Source: Fervidobacterium sp.
Lineage (GTDB): Bacteria > Thermotogota > Thermotogae > Thermotogales > Fervidobacteriaceae
Length of the DNA: 64,000 nucleotides
NCBI GenBank assembly: GCA_049970055.1
Contig: JBMFNR010000002.1
Coordinates: 500,406 to 564,405, forward strand
Direction: 5' to 3'
Shown piece after piece: positions 19,488 to 27,587 of the stretch. A program made the translations under genes and the position numbers. Under the pieces are notes generated by a model. The model was given only the letters and a program-made list of their open reading frames with translations. It did not search any database and was not told the DNA's origin. Each line of letters begins with the position of its first letter. Position 1 is the stretch's first letter.

Positions 19488-19515
19488 AAAAATCCAGGGC
19501 ACTTAAAGTGCCCTG
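19488..19515 (-). terminator. Terminator-like hairpin between the PDO gene and trxB
   Basis: CAGGGCACTT-T-AAGTGCCCTG followed by GATTTTT on the minus strand. Confidence 0.6.
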
Positions 19516-19592
19516 AAATGCTGGGGGATGGCTGGCCGATTTAAAATCGGTTCCAGTACTTTTGATCAGCTTGTTCAACTGCTCTTTCAAAG

Positions 19593-20243
19593 TTACTCGG
19601 ATAACTCTAGAACTTGTTGTAAAAATTGTGGTTCTGGATAAGCACCGATGAAGAATCTGTCACGATTTCTATTTATTGCAATGTGTGGTACCGATGATAC
19701 TCCAAACTCTTCACTGAGCTCAAAAAATTCATTTGCTTCAACAACTTCCGCTGTAACCTTATCGCTTGCGAGAGCCATATTGTGAGCTGTTAAAGCAGCT
19801 CTTGGACAATATGGGCATGTGGGTGTAACAAAGACGCTTATTTTCACAGGTTTTTCGAGATTTCTCAATTTTTCTACAGTTTCCGGCGAAAGTTGTGGCT
19901 TTGCACCTTTTCCGAATGTTATAATATCTTGGATCAGTGTACCGAACTCGTGACCAGATGGAATTCCGTAGAACCTAACACCTTTGTCTACTCCATCTGA
20001 GAGTGTGAGTATGAGAGCTGGTGCATATTCTACGTTATATTCTTTTCCTTTTTCGCTGTCTTTGTGGTATTTTTCAACGATGATTTTTTCCGAAAGTTCT
20101 TTCACCTCATCCAAAAGTTGGCTTTCGAGGTCACAGTACTCACAATTTTCCGAATGGAAGAATAAAAGCTTTACTTCGTTTTCTAACTCTTTCGCAAATA
20201 AATCGATCAAATACTTTCTGTCCTTTTGTGATAATAAACCCAT
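19593..20243 (-). CDS. Protein disulfide oxidoreductase (PDO; two thioredoxin folds, AhpF N-terminal-like)
   Basis: CEYC and CPYC motifs, GIPSGHEF, GVSSVP. Confidence 0.92.
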   Translation of the reverse strand: MGLLSQKDRKYLIDLFAKELENEVKLLFFHSENCEYCDLESQLLDEVKELSEKIIVEKYHKDSEKGKEYNVEYAPALILTLSDGVDKGVRFYGIPSGHEFGTLIQDIITFGKGAKPQLSPETVEKLRNLEKPVKISVFVTPTCPYCPRAALTAHNMALASDKVTAEVVEANEFFELSEEFGVSSVPHIAINRNRDRFFIGAYPEPQFLQQVLELSE

Positions 20244-20383
20244 CTAAAACACCTCCGCTTTCTTGTTCATCATTATTATACCCTAAGTTTCATGAATTAG
20301 GGTTACCTTAATGTTAAAATTAGACAAAATTTGTCTGATTTTATTCTCCACGCCAAATGATGTTCAAAAGCCATCTTTAAGTT

Positions 20384-21151
20384 TTATAACTCCTGGCCTA
20401 AAAACCATTTCCTAACTGCTTCTGTCACCTGTTCTTTCTCAACATCGTTGCTCAATACATGGCCTGATTTTTCGAAGATCAATAATTTCCTTTTTTCTGA
20501 TTTTACGCTATTGTAAATGAACTCTGCAGCACTTAGTGGTACAGTGTTATCATTTCGTGCAGCAACCACAAGAATTTCAGAAGTTATCAATTGAACACTC
20601 TTTCTTGAAAGTTTCATTAATTTGTAAAGCTCCGCCGATTGTTTTGTCCAGTTATAAGACCAGTATTCATTTTTCAAGTACTCAAGATCTGGGTCATCGT
20701 ATTTATCATTATTTTCTCTTACCATTTTCTTTGTGAATAGTGAAAGCAGTGGTGTTAGTTTTATACGATTATCGAATACGTGTGTTGCGGCTGCTAAAGT
20801 AACTAATTTTTTTGGTTTTAATTGCGCTGCCATTATAAGACTTATAGCGCCTCCCATAGATAAACCACATATGTAGACTTCTTTGCACATACCTTGCAGG
20901 TCGTAATATGCATCGTAAGCTCTCCTTAACCAATCCCTTGTCCTTGTGGTTAAAAAATCCTCTCCACAAGTACCATGACCTGGTAACCTTGGCACGGATA
21001 CTGTGAACCCCGCTTTATTAAGTTCCTGTGCCATGTAAGCAAAGTCGTGCGGAGAACCCGTAAAACCATGAACCAGCAAGACACCAATGTCTTTTCCTGG
21101 TAGGAAAATTGGTTCGGAAATTTTGACAGTTTTGTAGTTTCCAAATTCCAA
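20384..21151 (-). CDS. Carboxylesterase / monoacylglycerol lipase-like alpha/beta hydrolase
   Basis: LVHGFTGSP, RLPGHGT, GLSMG nucleophile elbow, D..VP, SGH. Confidence 0.9.
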   Translation of the reverse strand: MEFGNYKTVKISEPIFLPGKDIGVLLVHGFTGSPHDFAYMAQELNKAGFTVSVPRLPGHGTCGEDFLTTRTRDWLRRAYDAYYDLQGMCKEVYICGLSMGGAISLIMAAQLKPKKLVTLAAATHVFDNRIKLTPLLSLFTKKMVRENNDKYDDPDLEYLKNEYWSYNWTKQSAELYKLMKLSRKSVQLITSEILVVAARNDNTVPLSAAEFIYNSVKSEKRKLLIFEKSGHVLSNDVEKEQVTEAVRKWFLGQEL

Positions 21152-21286
21152 CTTAGCCACCCCCAATTAGATTTGAAGTAACTTTGAAGATATTAACAAC
21201 ATAAAATTATACCACGTTTATAAAATATAAGCTATAATGGGTATGTATTATAAGACGTGGTATACTGAATATACGGAGGTGGTGGC

Positions 21287-21913
21287 ATGTATATATTTTT
21301 AGATTACGATGGAACGATAGTCGAAACGAATGAGAGGGAGTTCACGAAAGTGTATTTTGATCTGCTGGCAAAAAAATTGAACATGAGTTTCGAAGAAATT
21401 TTCAACATCGTTATGAAATCTCTGGATGAAGCCATGGCATCTAAAGATGAGGCAAAAAGTATGTATGAAAAATTTCTCTGCTCAATTGTCAAGATTGCAG
21501 GAAATAGTGAAGACTTTTGGAGAAATACCTTTCTGGATTTTTATAAAAATGAATTCGATGAGCTTGGAAGAATTGCAAAACCCAACGTGGAAATTTTGAA
21601 TCTTATTAGATCTACCAAGAAAAAACTAATCTTCGCGTCAAATCCTGTTTTTCCTGAGATTGCTACTATCAAAAGAATAAAATTTGTAGGGATTGAACCA
21701 ACAAATTTTGTTTATATTGCACATATGGAGAACAGTAGGTTTGCAAAGCCAAATAAAAGATTTTTTTCTGATATACTTGACAAACTTAATATATCACCAG
21801 ATCAGTGTGTTATGATCGGTGACAGCAATTTTGATAGAGCAAGTGAAGAAGTGGGTATAAAGTTTATTCACGTATCTGATACGGCGGAATGGAAAAATTT
21901 ATTTTTAGATTAA
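21287..21913 (+). CDS. HAD family hydrolase
   Basis: DYDGT, ASN, KP, MIGDS..D motifs. Confidence 0.9.
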   Translation: MYIFLDYDGTIVETNEREFTKVYFDLLAKKLNMSFEEIFNIVMKSLDEAMASKDEAKSMYEKFLCSIVKIAGNSEDFWRNTFLDFYKNEFDELGRIAKPNVEILNLIRSTKKKLIFASNPVFPEIATIKRIKFVGIEPTNFVYIAHMENSRFAKPNKRFFSDILDKLNISPDQCVMIGDSNFDRASEEVGIKFIHVSDTAEWKNLFLD

Positions 21914-22702
21914 CCATGAAATAATTAGTATGATAAATGATGTTAAAACAATCGACGGACCGGGAGGTGTGTTGGTGTAATAGGCTATTACGAAACCTAA
22001 TGTGGACGTAAAAATGTTGAACCCAAAGGCCCTAAGAATTGCATTTTTCAGTGAAATAGCCTTTTTCTTTGCAAAAATACCAGGTAGGACTAAAAATGCG
22101 CCCATTAGAATGACACCTGAAATTTTCAACGATGCAACCACCGTGAGAGAAATGACTGAAAGAACTGTTAATTTCAACGTTTTTATGTTTATTCCGTAAA
22201 ATTGTGCCATCATTTCGTCACTAATCCAGTAAGAGATTTCGTAAATTCTTGAAAACACAACAATTATGGCGACAATTGATATTGACAACAGAAAATATAA
22301 ATCATTGATAGATATTAGTAATACATTTCCGAAAAGATACGACATAACGTCTGTTGTGTATCTTTGCGTCTTCGAAAAAAGGACAACACCGATAGACATA
22401 AAAACAGGTAAAAGCATTCCTATTACGGTACTTTCAGCCATTTTCGATGCCTGGTTTAGATAGTATATTAAGAACGAAAAAAATAGGGTAGCTAAGATTG
22501 CACCGATAAAGATATTGAAGTGCATAACAACAGCAAGTGCGACGCCTGCAAAAATAGCGTGTGCTAGTCCATCGCCAACAAATTCCATCTTTTTATATAC
22601 GATAATGGGAGATACCAAAGCAGTCAACAAAGATACTAAGAATGTTGAAATGAAAGAGTACCTAAGGAAATCATATGTTATTAAATCCTTAATGAATTCC
22701 AT
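21905..22702 (-). CDS. znuB: Metal ABC transporter permease (ZnuB-like)
   Basis: GDGLAH, SYLFGNVL, PPGPSIV; multi-TM. Confidence 0.85.
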   Translation of the reverse strand: MEFIKDLITYDFLRYSFISTFLVSLLTALVSPIIVYKKMEFVGDGLAHAIFAGVALAVVMHFNIFIGAILATLFFSFLIYYLNQASKMAESTVIGMLLPVFMSIGVVLFSKTQRYTTDVMSYLFGNVLLISINDLYFLLSISIVAIIVVFSRIYEISYWISDEMMAQFYGINIKTLKLTVLSVISLTVVASLKISGVILMGAFLVLPGIFAKKKAISLKNAILRAFGFNIFTSTLGFVIAYYTNTPPGPSIVLTSFIILIISWLI

Positions 22703-22738
22703 TATTTTCACGCACCTTTAATTATATTCAAATTGTAT

Positions 22739-23452
22739 TTACTGCTGTTCTTTATGCTCTCTTTCAAAGTGGTAATCTGAACGAATCCAAATATCGAACT
22801 CACCAAATAACCTTTTTACTTGTGCTATATCTACTTCACTTGTTGGCCCGTGACAGTGCAAAGTTTTGTTAAGACACATAACACTTGTGCATTTTTCAAA
22901 TATCATACCTATATCGTGACTTACCATAAGGATTGTTATATTCTTTTGTTCTCGCACTTCATTTAGTAATTCGTAAAAACGAGCCTTCCCCATCTCATCG
23001 ACACCAGATTCTGGTTCGTCTAAAATTAAAATATCGGGTTGCATAACCAACGCCCGTGCAAGTGAAACCCGTTGGTATTCACCACCAGAGAGCGTGCTTA
23101 TCAATTTATTACCAAAGCCTGGCAAACCAATTTTTTCAAGTAGTTCTGCTACCTCTTTTTTCCAGTCTTTCTTGTTTCTTATCGGTAATCTTACGAAATC
23201 ATATACCGAGATTGGGAATTCTCTGTTGAAAGAAGATAATTGTGGAACGTATCCAACTTTACCGTAAAAATATATAGACCCATCGTATGGTATAAAGCCA
23301 AGTAAAGCCTTAATGAGCGTCGTCTTACCTGCTCCATTTGGTCCAATGATACCAATAAACTCACCTTTTTTAACTTTAAATGATACATTCTTCAAAATAT
23401 GAACATCTCCAAATTTAACATTTAGATTTTTAACATCAATGACAATTTCCAT
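22739..23452 (-). CDS. znuC: Metal ABC transporter ATPase (ZnuC-like)
   Basis: GPNGAGKTT, GYVPQ, LSGGEYQR, LDEP, CLN..CHG. Confidence 0.87.
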   Translation of the reverse strand: MEIVIDVKNLNVKFGDVHILKNVSFKVKKGEFIGIIGPNGAGKTTLIKALLGFIPYDGSIYFYGKVGYVPQLSSFNREFPISVYDFVRLPIRNKKDWKKEVAELLEKIGLPGFGNKLISTLSGGEYQRVSLARALVMQPDILILDEPESGVDEMGKARFYELLNEVREQKNITILMVSHDIGMIFEKCTSVMCLNKTLHCHGPTSEVDIAQVKRLFGEFDIWIRSDYHFEREHKEQQ

Positions 23453-23486
23453 TTTAGACCTCCATGTTTGCATCGTTTTTTCGACT

Positions 23487-24338
23487 TTATTTTTTAGTTA
23501 CTTTTACAGAGCTTTCCAAAATTTTGTAGACATTTTCAAATAGTTCATAAATAGATTTTGCACTTATTGAAAACCCAAGTGGATCCAACCTTTTAGGTTC
23601 TTTATTTAGCTCTTTGGCAATAGTTTCAATCGCCGATGAATTGAATTGTGGAGCGATAAATATACCTAAAACTCTTCCTCTTTTCCCTTCTTGTATGATT
23701 TCTTTTATATGTGAAATGGTTGGTTCTTTACCATGACCTTCCTCTACTGAAAGGACCTTAATTTTGTATTTCTCAAAGAAATACAAGAATGATGGATGTT
23801 CTAATATCACAATGCTACTTGCTTGATTAGATAGAATATTATCAAACTTTTCTGATAAAGTATTTAGGCTTGAGATGAGTTTTTTTGAATTATCTTGATA
23901 AAAGGTTTCGTTTGCCGGGTCAATTTTGATGATTTCTTGCGTGATTTTGGGAATAAGATAATTGACAAGAAAATCTAAAGATAGCCAGACGTGCGGATTG
24001 TACTCACCTTCATCTTCATCACCTTGGAGTAAAAGATTTTTTGGAATTGATTCACCAACGAATGCCACGTTCTTGAAGTTTTTCAGATATGCGTTATCTA
24101 ATCCAAGTCCATTTGCTATAATTAAAGAAGCATTTGAGAGTATCTTTACGTCATTTATTGATGGATTAAAGGTATGAGGATTACTTCCAGGTTTAATTAG
24201 TAATTCAACATGCATCTTGTCAGCCACAATTTGCTTTGCGATAAGAAAATATGGGTTAATAGTCGCAACAATTGTAGCAGCATGGCCAAAAGTCAAAGCT
24301 GTAAACAAAAATACGAGTGTGAAAACCTTCTTTTTCAT
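23487..24338 (-). CDS. znuA: Metal ABC transporter substrate-binding protein (ZnuA/TroA-like)
   Basis: Signal peptide; NPHTF, NPHVWL and EHPSF His ligands. Confidence 0.85.
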   Translation of the reverse strand: MKKKVFTLVFLFTALTFGHAATIVATINPYFLIAKQIVADKMHVELLIKPGSNPHTFNPSINDVKILSNASLIIANGLGLDNAYLKNFKNVAFVGESIPKNLLLQGDEDEGEYNPHVWLSLDFLVNYLIPKITQEIIKIDPANETFYQDNSKKLISSLNTLSEKFDNILSNQASSIVILEHPSFLYFFEKYKIKVLSVEEGHGKEPTISHIKEIIQEGKRGRVLGIFIAPQFNSSAIETIAKELNKEPKRLDPLGFSISAKSIYELFENVYKILESSVKVTKK

Positions 24339-24706
24339 ACTTCAACCTCCTTTTGACAATCTCTACATAGTCCTGTGAAAAAAACAAAATGTTCAGAGAC
24401 TTTGAAGCCAAAGTGTTCTTCAATTTTTTTCTCGTATGGCTCCATATAACACTCATCCACTGAGAACAACCTTCGGCATTTCGTGCATTGAAAAAAATGC
24501 CGATGCTCGGAATTTACATAGTAGTACTTAAAGTTGTTTAGTACAAAGTATCTTATGCTTCCAGTCTCAACTAATTGCTCCAAGGAGCGATACACTGTTG
24601 TAAGACTTATATGGGGAAGCAAGTGTGAAATTTCGTAAGCTGTTAGTGGAACCTCAGAATTACTTATCAAATTATAAACATTCTGACGATTCTTTGTCAT
24701 TCTCAT
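24335..24706 (-). CDS. Fur-family metalloregulator (probably Zur)
   Basis: RMTKNR, SLTTVYRSL, HRHFFQCTKC, GLCRDC; heads the metal ABC operon; ATG at 24706 after GGAGG. Confidence 0.9.
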   Translation of the reverse strand: MRMTKNRQNVYNLISNSEVPLTAYEISHLLPHISLTTVYRSLEQLVETGSIRYFVLNNFKYYYVNSEHRHFFQCTKCRRLFSVDECYMEPYEKKIEEHFGFKVSEHFVFFTGLCRDCQKEVEV

Positions 24707-24730
24707 ATCTTGTGCCTCCGTATGTGCCAA

Positions 24731-24778
24731 TGATTTTCATTTTCAATTTTATTATACCTTACCAAAATAAAAAGTCAA
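24731..24778 (-). promoter_or_regulatory. Promoter of the fur/znu operon with Fur-type operator
   Basis: TTGACT-16-TATAAT (24778-24751), then the 7-1-7 element TGATTTT-C-ATTTTCA (24731-24745) resembling TGATAAT-n-ATTATCA. Confidence 0.72.
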
Positions 24779-24807
24779 GTAGTTTTAAAAAAAACACTCA
24801 TACCCCC

Positions 24808-24836
24808 TTGACACATTTTTTAGTATGTGATATTAT
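24808..24836 (+). promoter_or_regulatory. Promoter of the tRNA cluster
   Basis: TTGACA-17-TATTAT with extended -10 TG. Confidence 0.82.
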
Positions 24837-24878
24837 TCTTATCGGCACGTGTGAAGTGCTAAAAACCCGCGTATAGGT

Positions 24879-24954
24879 GACCTGGTAGCTCAGCAGGTAG
24901 AGCACCTGACTTTTAATCAGGGGGTCGCGGGTTCGAATCCCGCCCGGGTCACCA
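24879..24954 (+). tRNA. tRNA-Lys (TTT)
   Basis: GACCTGG/CCGGGTC acceptor, CCTGA-CTTTTAA-TCAGG anticodon arm, CCA end. Confidence 0.96.
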
Positions 24955-24963
24955 GAGATAGGT

Positions 24964-25053
<90 letters not shown>

Positions 25054-25086
25054 AAGGGAAGTTAAATGAAGCCAATTAAGGTTCGG

Positions 25087-25161
25087 GCGGGTGTAGCTCA
25101 GCGGTAGAGCACTTGCTTGCCAAGCAAGGGGTCGCGGGTTCGAAACCCGTCACCCGCTCCA
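25087..25161 (+). tRNA. tRNA-Gly (GCC)
   Basis: GCGGGTG/CACCCGC acceptor, CTTGC-TTGCCAA-GCAAG, CCA end. Confidence 0.96.
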
Positions 25162-25166
25162 AAGAT

Positions 25167-25254
25167 GCCGAGGTGGCGGAATTGGCAGACGCACATGGTT
25201 GAGGGCCATGCGGTCATTGGGACCGTGCGGGTTCAAGTCCCGCCCTCGGCACCA
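25167..25254 (+). tRNA. tRNA-Leu (GAG)
   Basis: GCCGAGG/CCTCGGC acceptor, CATGG-TTGAGGG-CCATG, long variable arm, CCA end. Confidence 0.96.
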
Positions 25255-25276
25255 GATGGTAAATTGTGAAACCACG

Positions 25277-25310
25277 AAAGGGCGATGGTCGTTCATCGTC
25301 CTTTTATTTT
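25277..25310 (+). terminator. Intrinsic terminator after the tRNA cluster
   Basis: AAAGGGCGATG-GTCGTT-CATCGTCCTTT followed by TATTTT. Confidence 0.8.
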
Positions 25311-25388
25311 AAGGGAAGTTGCAAGAGTTAGTGCTTATTGAACGCTTTTTACATCTTTTGAGTCTAAATACCTGGAAATTAAATTTCT

Positions 25389-25749
25389 GGGGGCGAACGG
25401 TTTCGACGGGGGTAGGCCTCTACAGGAAGCGAGTCGAGGTTTCCTGCCGTCCTCGTTAAAAAACGGTGGGGAAAAGATAAGTGCCAACGAATACGTTCCT
25501 CTTGCTGCTTAATTAGAATAAGCAGCCGTCCTCTATGAGAGTTGGCTGGTCTCTCATAGAAGGGCGTGACTCTACCAGCCAGGTAGTCGGGATGCGCCTC
25601 ACGTCTCGAACTACTTATCCTAGTGAGGCTGGTCGGTTCAGAGCCTGTCTGTGGGCGCTGTACCGACGAGAAAAAAACACAGACTGCGCTCGGAGATGCC
25701 TGTAGGGACCTGCTTTCGGACGCGGGTTCGATTCCCGCCGCCTCCACCA
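25389..25749 (+). ncRNA. ssrA: tmRNA; tag peptide (A)ANEYVPLAA at 25483-25512
   Basis: GGGGGCG/CGCCTCC acceptor with G3-U wobble, GGTTTCGAC, TAAGT-GCC resume context, T-arm GGTTCGATTCC, ACCA end, 361 nt. Confidence 0.97.
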
Positions 25750-25882
25750 GATATCCATAATATGTTAAAAAGAAAAAAGCCTTGATTTCTCAATGCTTTT
25801 TTCTCTTTTGTTTGTTGGCTTTTTGTCAATAATTATCGCATCCATTCAGTATTTATGGATCTTACAATAAAGATAGCACACT

Positions 25883-25953
25883 GCCTAACTTATCTTTTAT
25901 ATATCCAACAGCAGGTATTTCAAAAAGGCTTGTTTCACTGCCTAAAAGGGCAT
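25883..25953 (-). pseudogene. Probable 5' stub of type I restriction subunit HsdR
   Basis: RBS GGGAGGAG, then frameshifted MPF/LGSETSLFEIPAVGYIKDKLG resembling the HsdR N-terminal E..L.E.PA..YL..LG pattern; follows mrr. Confidence 0.45.
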
Positions 25954-25973
25954 TAATCTCCTCCCAACTGGGG

Positions 25974-26814
25974 TTATTCTTCAAAATAGTCACTAGCTAT
26001 TCTTTTAATTTCATATCTTTGTTGTACAGATACTCCTACATTAAAGTCAATCATGTATTTTGTTAATTGCTTGCCATTTATCAAAATATTTTTTATATCA
26101 TTGTTATTCATTATTATCATTATTTTTTACAACATATGGTATTGCGTCTTTTGTAAAATTTTATGTAGTTATAAATATACCTGTCTTAGTTCCTTGACCA
26201 ACCAATGCTCCTACAAACTTTTGTATTTCTGGTCTTCCTTCAGGAGTTCCATTCCACCTTTTAGCCTGCACATATATTCTATCTAAACCTAACCTATCTT
26301 CGTTTATTATTCCATATTTATAAGCAAGTCTAAAACAATTTCCTCAAACTCATCAAATGGAACTTCTAATAGCTTTTATAGCAGCTCCTGTGCTAAAACA
26401 TCTCTTATTTCTTTATAGACTCCGTCAATCCTTTCTTGAGGAGTTTTGGAATCATAGACGTCGCCCGTTCCTACTTGAGGAGGTTTGGGATTAAGATTAC
26501 ATCCTCAATTTAGAAGTTTTCTGTCTATGTATTTAGGATTTTCCTTTAATAATTTGATTCCGCTCTTAGTAATTTTAAAATTTCCTCTGCTTAGTGTTTC
26601 TATTAACCATGCCTTTTTTAAAAACGTCTTAGTCCAGAGTGATCTATTATAAAACACCTTATTTCAACTTTGTAATTTTTGATTTATTTCATCATCAGTT
26701 AAATTAAGCTGCTTTGCTGATTCTACTTCACAGGTTTTATTATCATATATGCTTCCATCTCCGATAAATTTTTAAAAGCGGCAATATTATTTCTTCATAG
26801 GTCGGGATTGTCAC
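25974..26814 (-). pseudogene. mrr: Mrr type IV restriction endonuclease pseudogene
   Basis: Manual translation MTIPTYEEIILPLLK / KVFYNRSLWTKTFLKKAWLIETLSRGNFKIT / TPQERI..FEEIVLDLL / GIINEDRLGLDRIYVQAKRW..GRPEIQKFVGAL..GIFITT / LINGKQLTKYMIDFNVGVS..DYFEE, with several stops and frameshifts. Confidence 0.92.
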
Positions 26815-26828
26815 TTTAACTCCCCCTT

Positions 26829-26957
26829 TTATATTTTTACTCTAATCTTTCCTGTTAGAAGTTTTTTCATAAGTACTTTTTTAAGGGTTTTAAGCTTTTC
26901 TTTCTTTGCTTGGTATTTTTCAATTTCCGTCATTTTGTAACCTTCTCTTGTCTTCAA
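26829..26957 (-). pseudogene. hsdS: Internally deleted type I specificity subunit HsdS (42-aa in-frame remnant)
   Basis: (M)KTREGYKMTE joined to IEKYQAKKEKLKTLKKVLMKKLLTGKIRVKI, the typical HsdS N- and C-terminal conserved segments. Confidence 0.8.
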
Positions 26958-26971
26958 TTGTTTCACCTGCC

Positions 26972-27347
26972 TTATATTTCTTCAAAATAATATATTTGAA
27001 GGAAGTCCTATTACTGCCACAATTGGATCATTATCAATAAATCCCTTTTAGTGCTTGAGATTGTAAGGTTTATGCAGTTAGAAATCTTACAAGCTCTGAA
27101 TTTTTAGGACAAACTTCAATTGCTTTAAATGTCTTGTCAAGTGCTGAACATATATCAAGTTTAAATTTTAAACGCTCTTTAAATTCGTTTCTTAATTTTT
27201 CGCTCTTGAAATTCATCATTTAATATTCTTTAAATAAAGTATACCAAATACGTAATCTTTATATTCAGAAACTGAAAGTTCCCACCATGATACATTTGCA
27301 CACGGGCATAGTATGGTTTCTAATTCTTGTACTGTAAGCTTTGTCAT
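26972..27347 (-). pseudogene. hsdM: Type I methyltransferase HsdM remnant
   Basis: MTKLTVQELETILCPCANV..ELSVSEYKDYVFGILYLK / LNDEF, DICSALDKTFKAIE..PKNSEL and KGFIDNDPIVAVIGLPSNI fragments in the expected order. Confidence 0.8.
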
Positions 27348-27587
27348 TTTTAAAAACCTAGCAGTGTATCTTATTCCCCCGCATTAGATATTATGCTACA
27401 ATTCTACTACAAATTAAAATACTGTAATGTATGGTGTGATAAAATATAAGGAGAAGAGACGTTGAGAAAGCTTCTTGTTTGGTATTAACTTTTATTAGGG
27501 ACAAATCACTGTGTGGATTTCTGAGTTCGACCTTGAGAAATCATTGCTTAAAATAATTTGTGAAATACATTAGTAGGAGGGTTTATT

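Noticed and set aside
25379..25829. Minus-strand ORFs of 122 and 63 aa
   Set aside because: Antisense shadows of tmRNA.
26053..26286. 77-aa hydrophobic plus-strand ORF
   Set aside because: Antisense shadow of the mrr pseudogene.
27558..27575. Rex-like half site TTGTGAA upstream of the radical SAM gene (and TGGTGAA upstream of porC)
   Set aside because: The second half-site does not match TTCACAA in either case.
27400..27587. Precursor peptide for the radical SAM/SPASM enzyme
   Set aside because: Only very short frames (for example MRKLLVWY) with no Cys-rich or leader-like pattern.
25750..27587. Active integrative element or prophage at ssrA
   Set aside because: No integrase, phage genes or duplicated CCTCCACCA att copy visible; only decayed R-M remnants.
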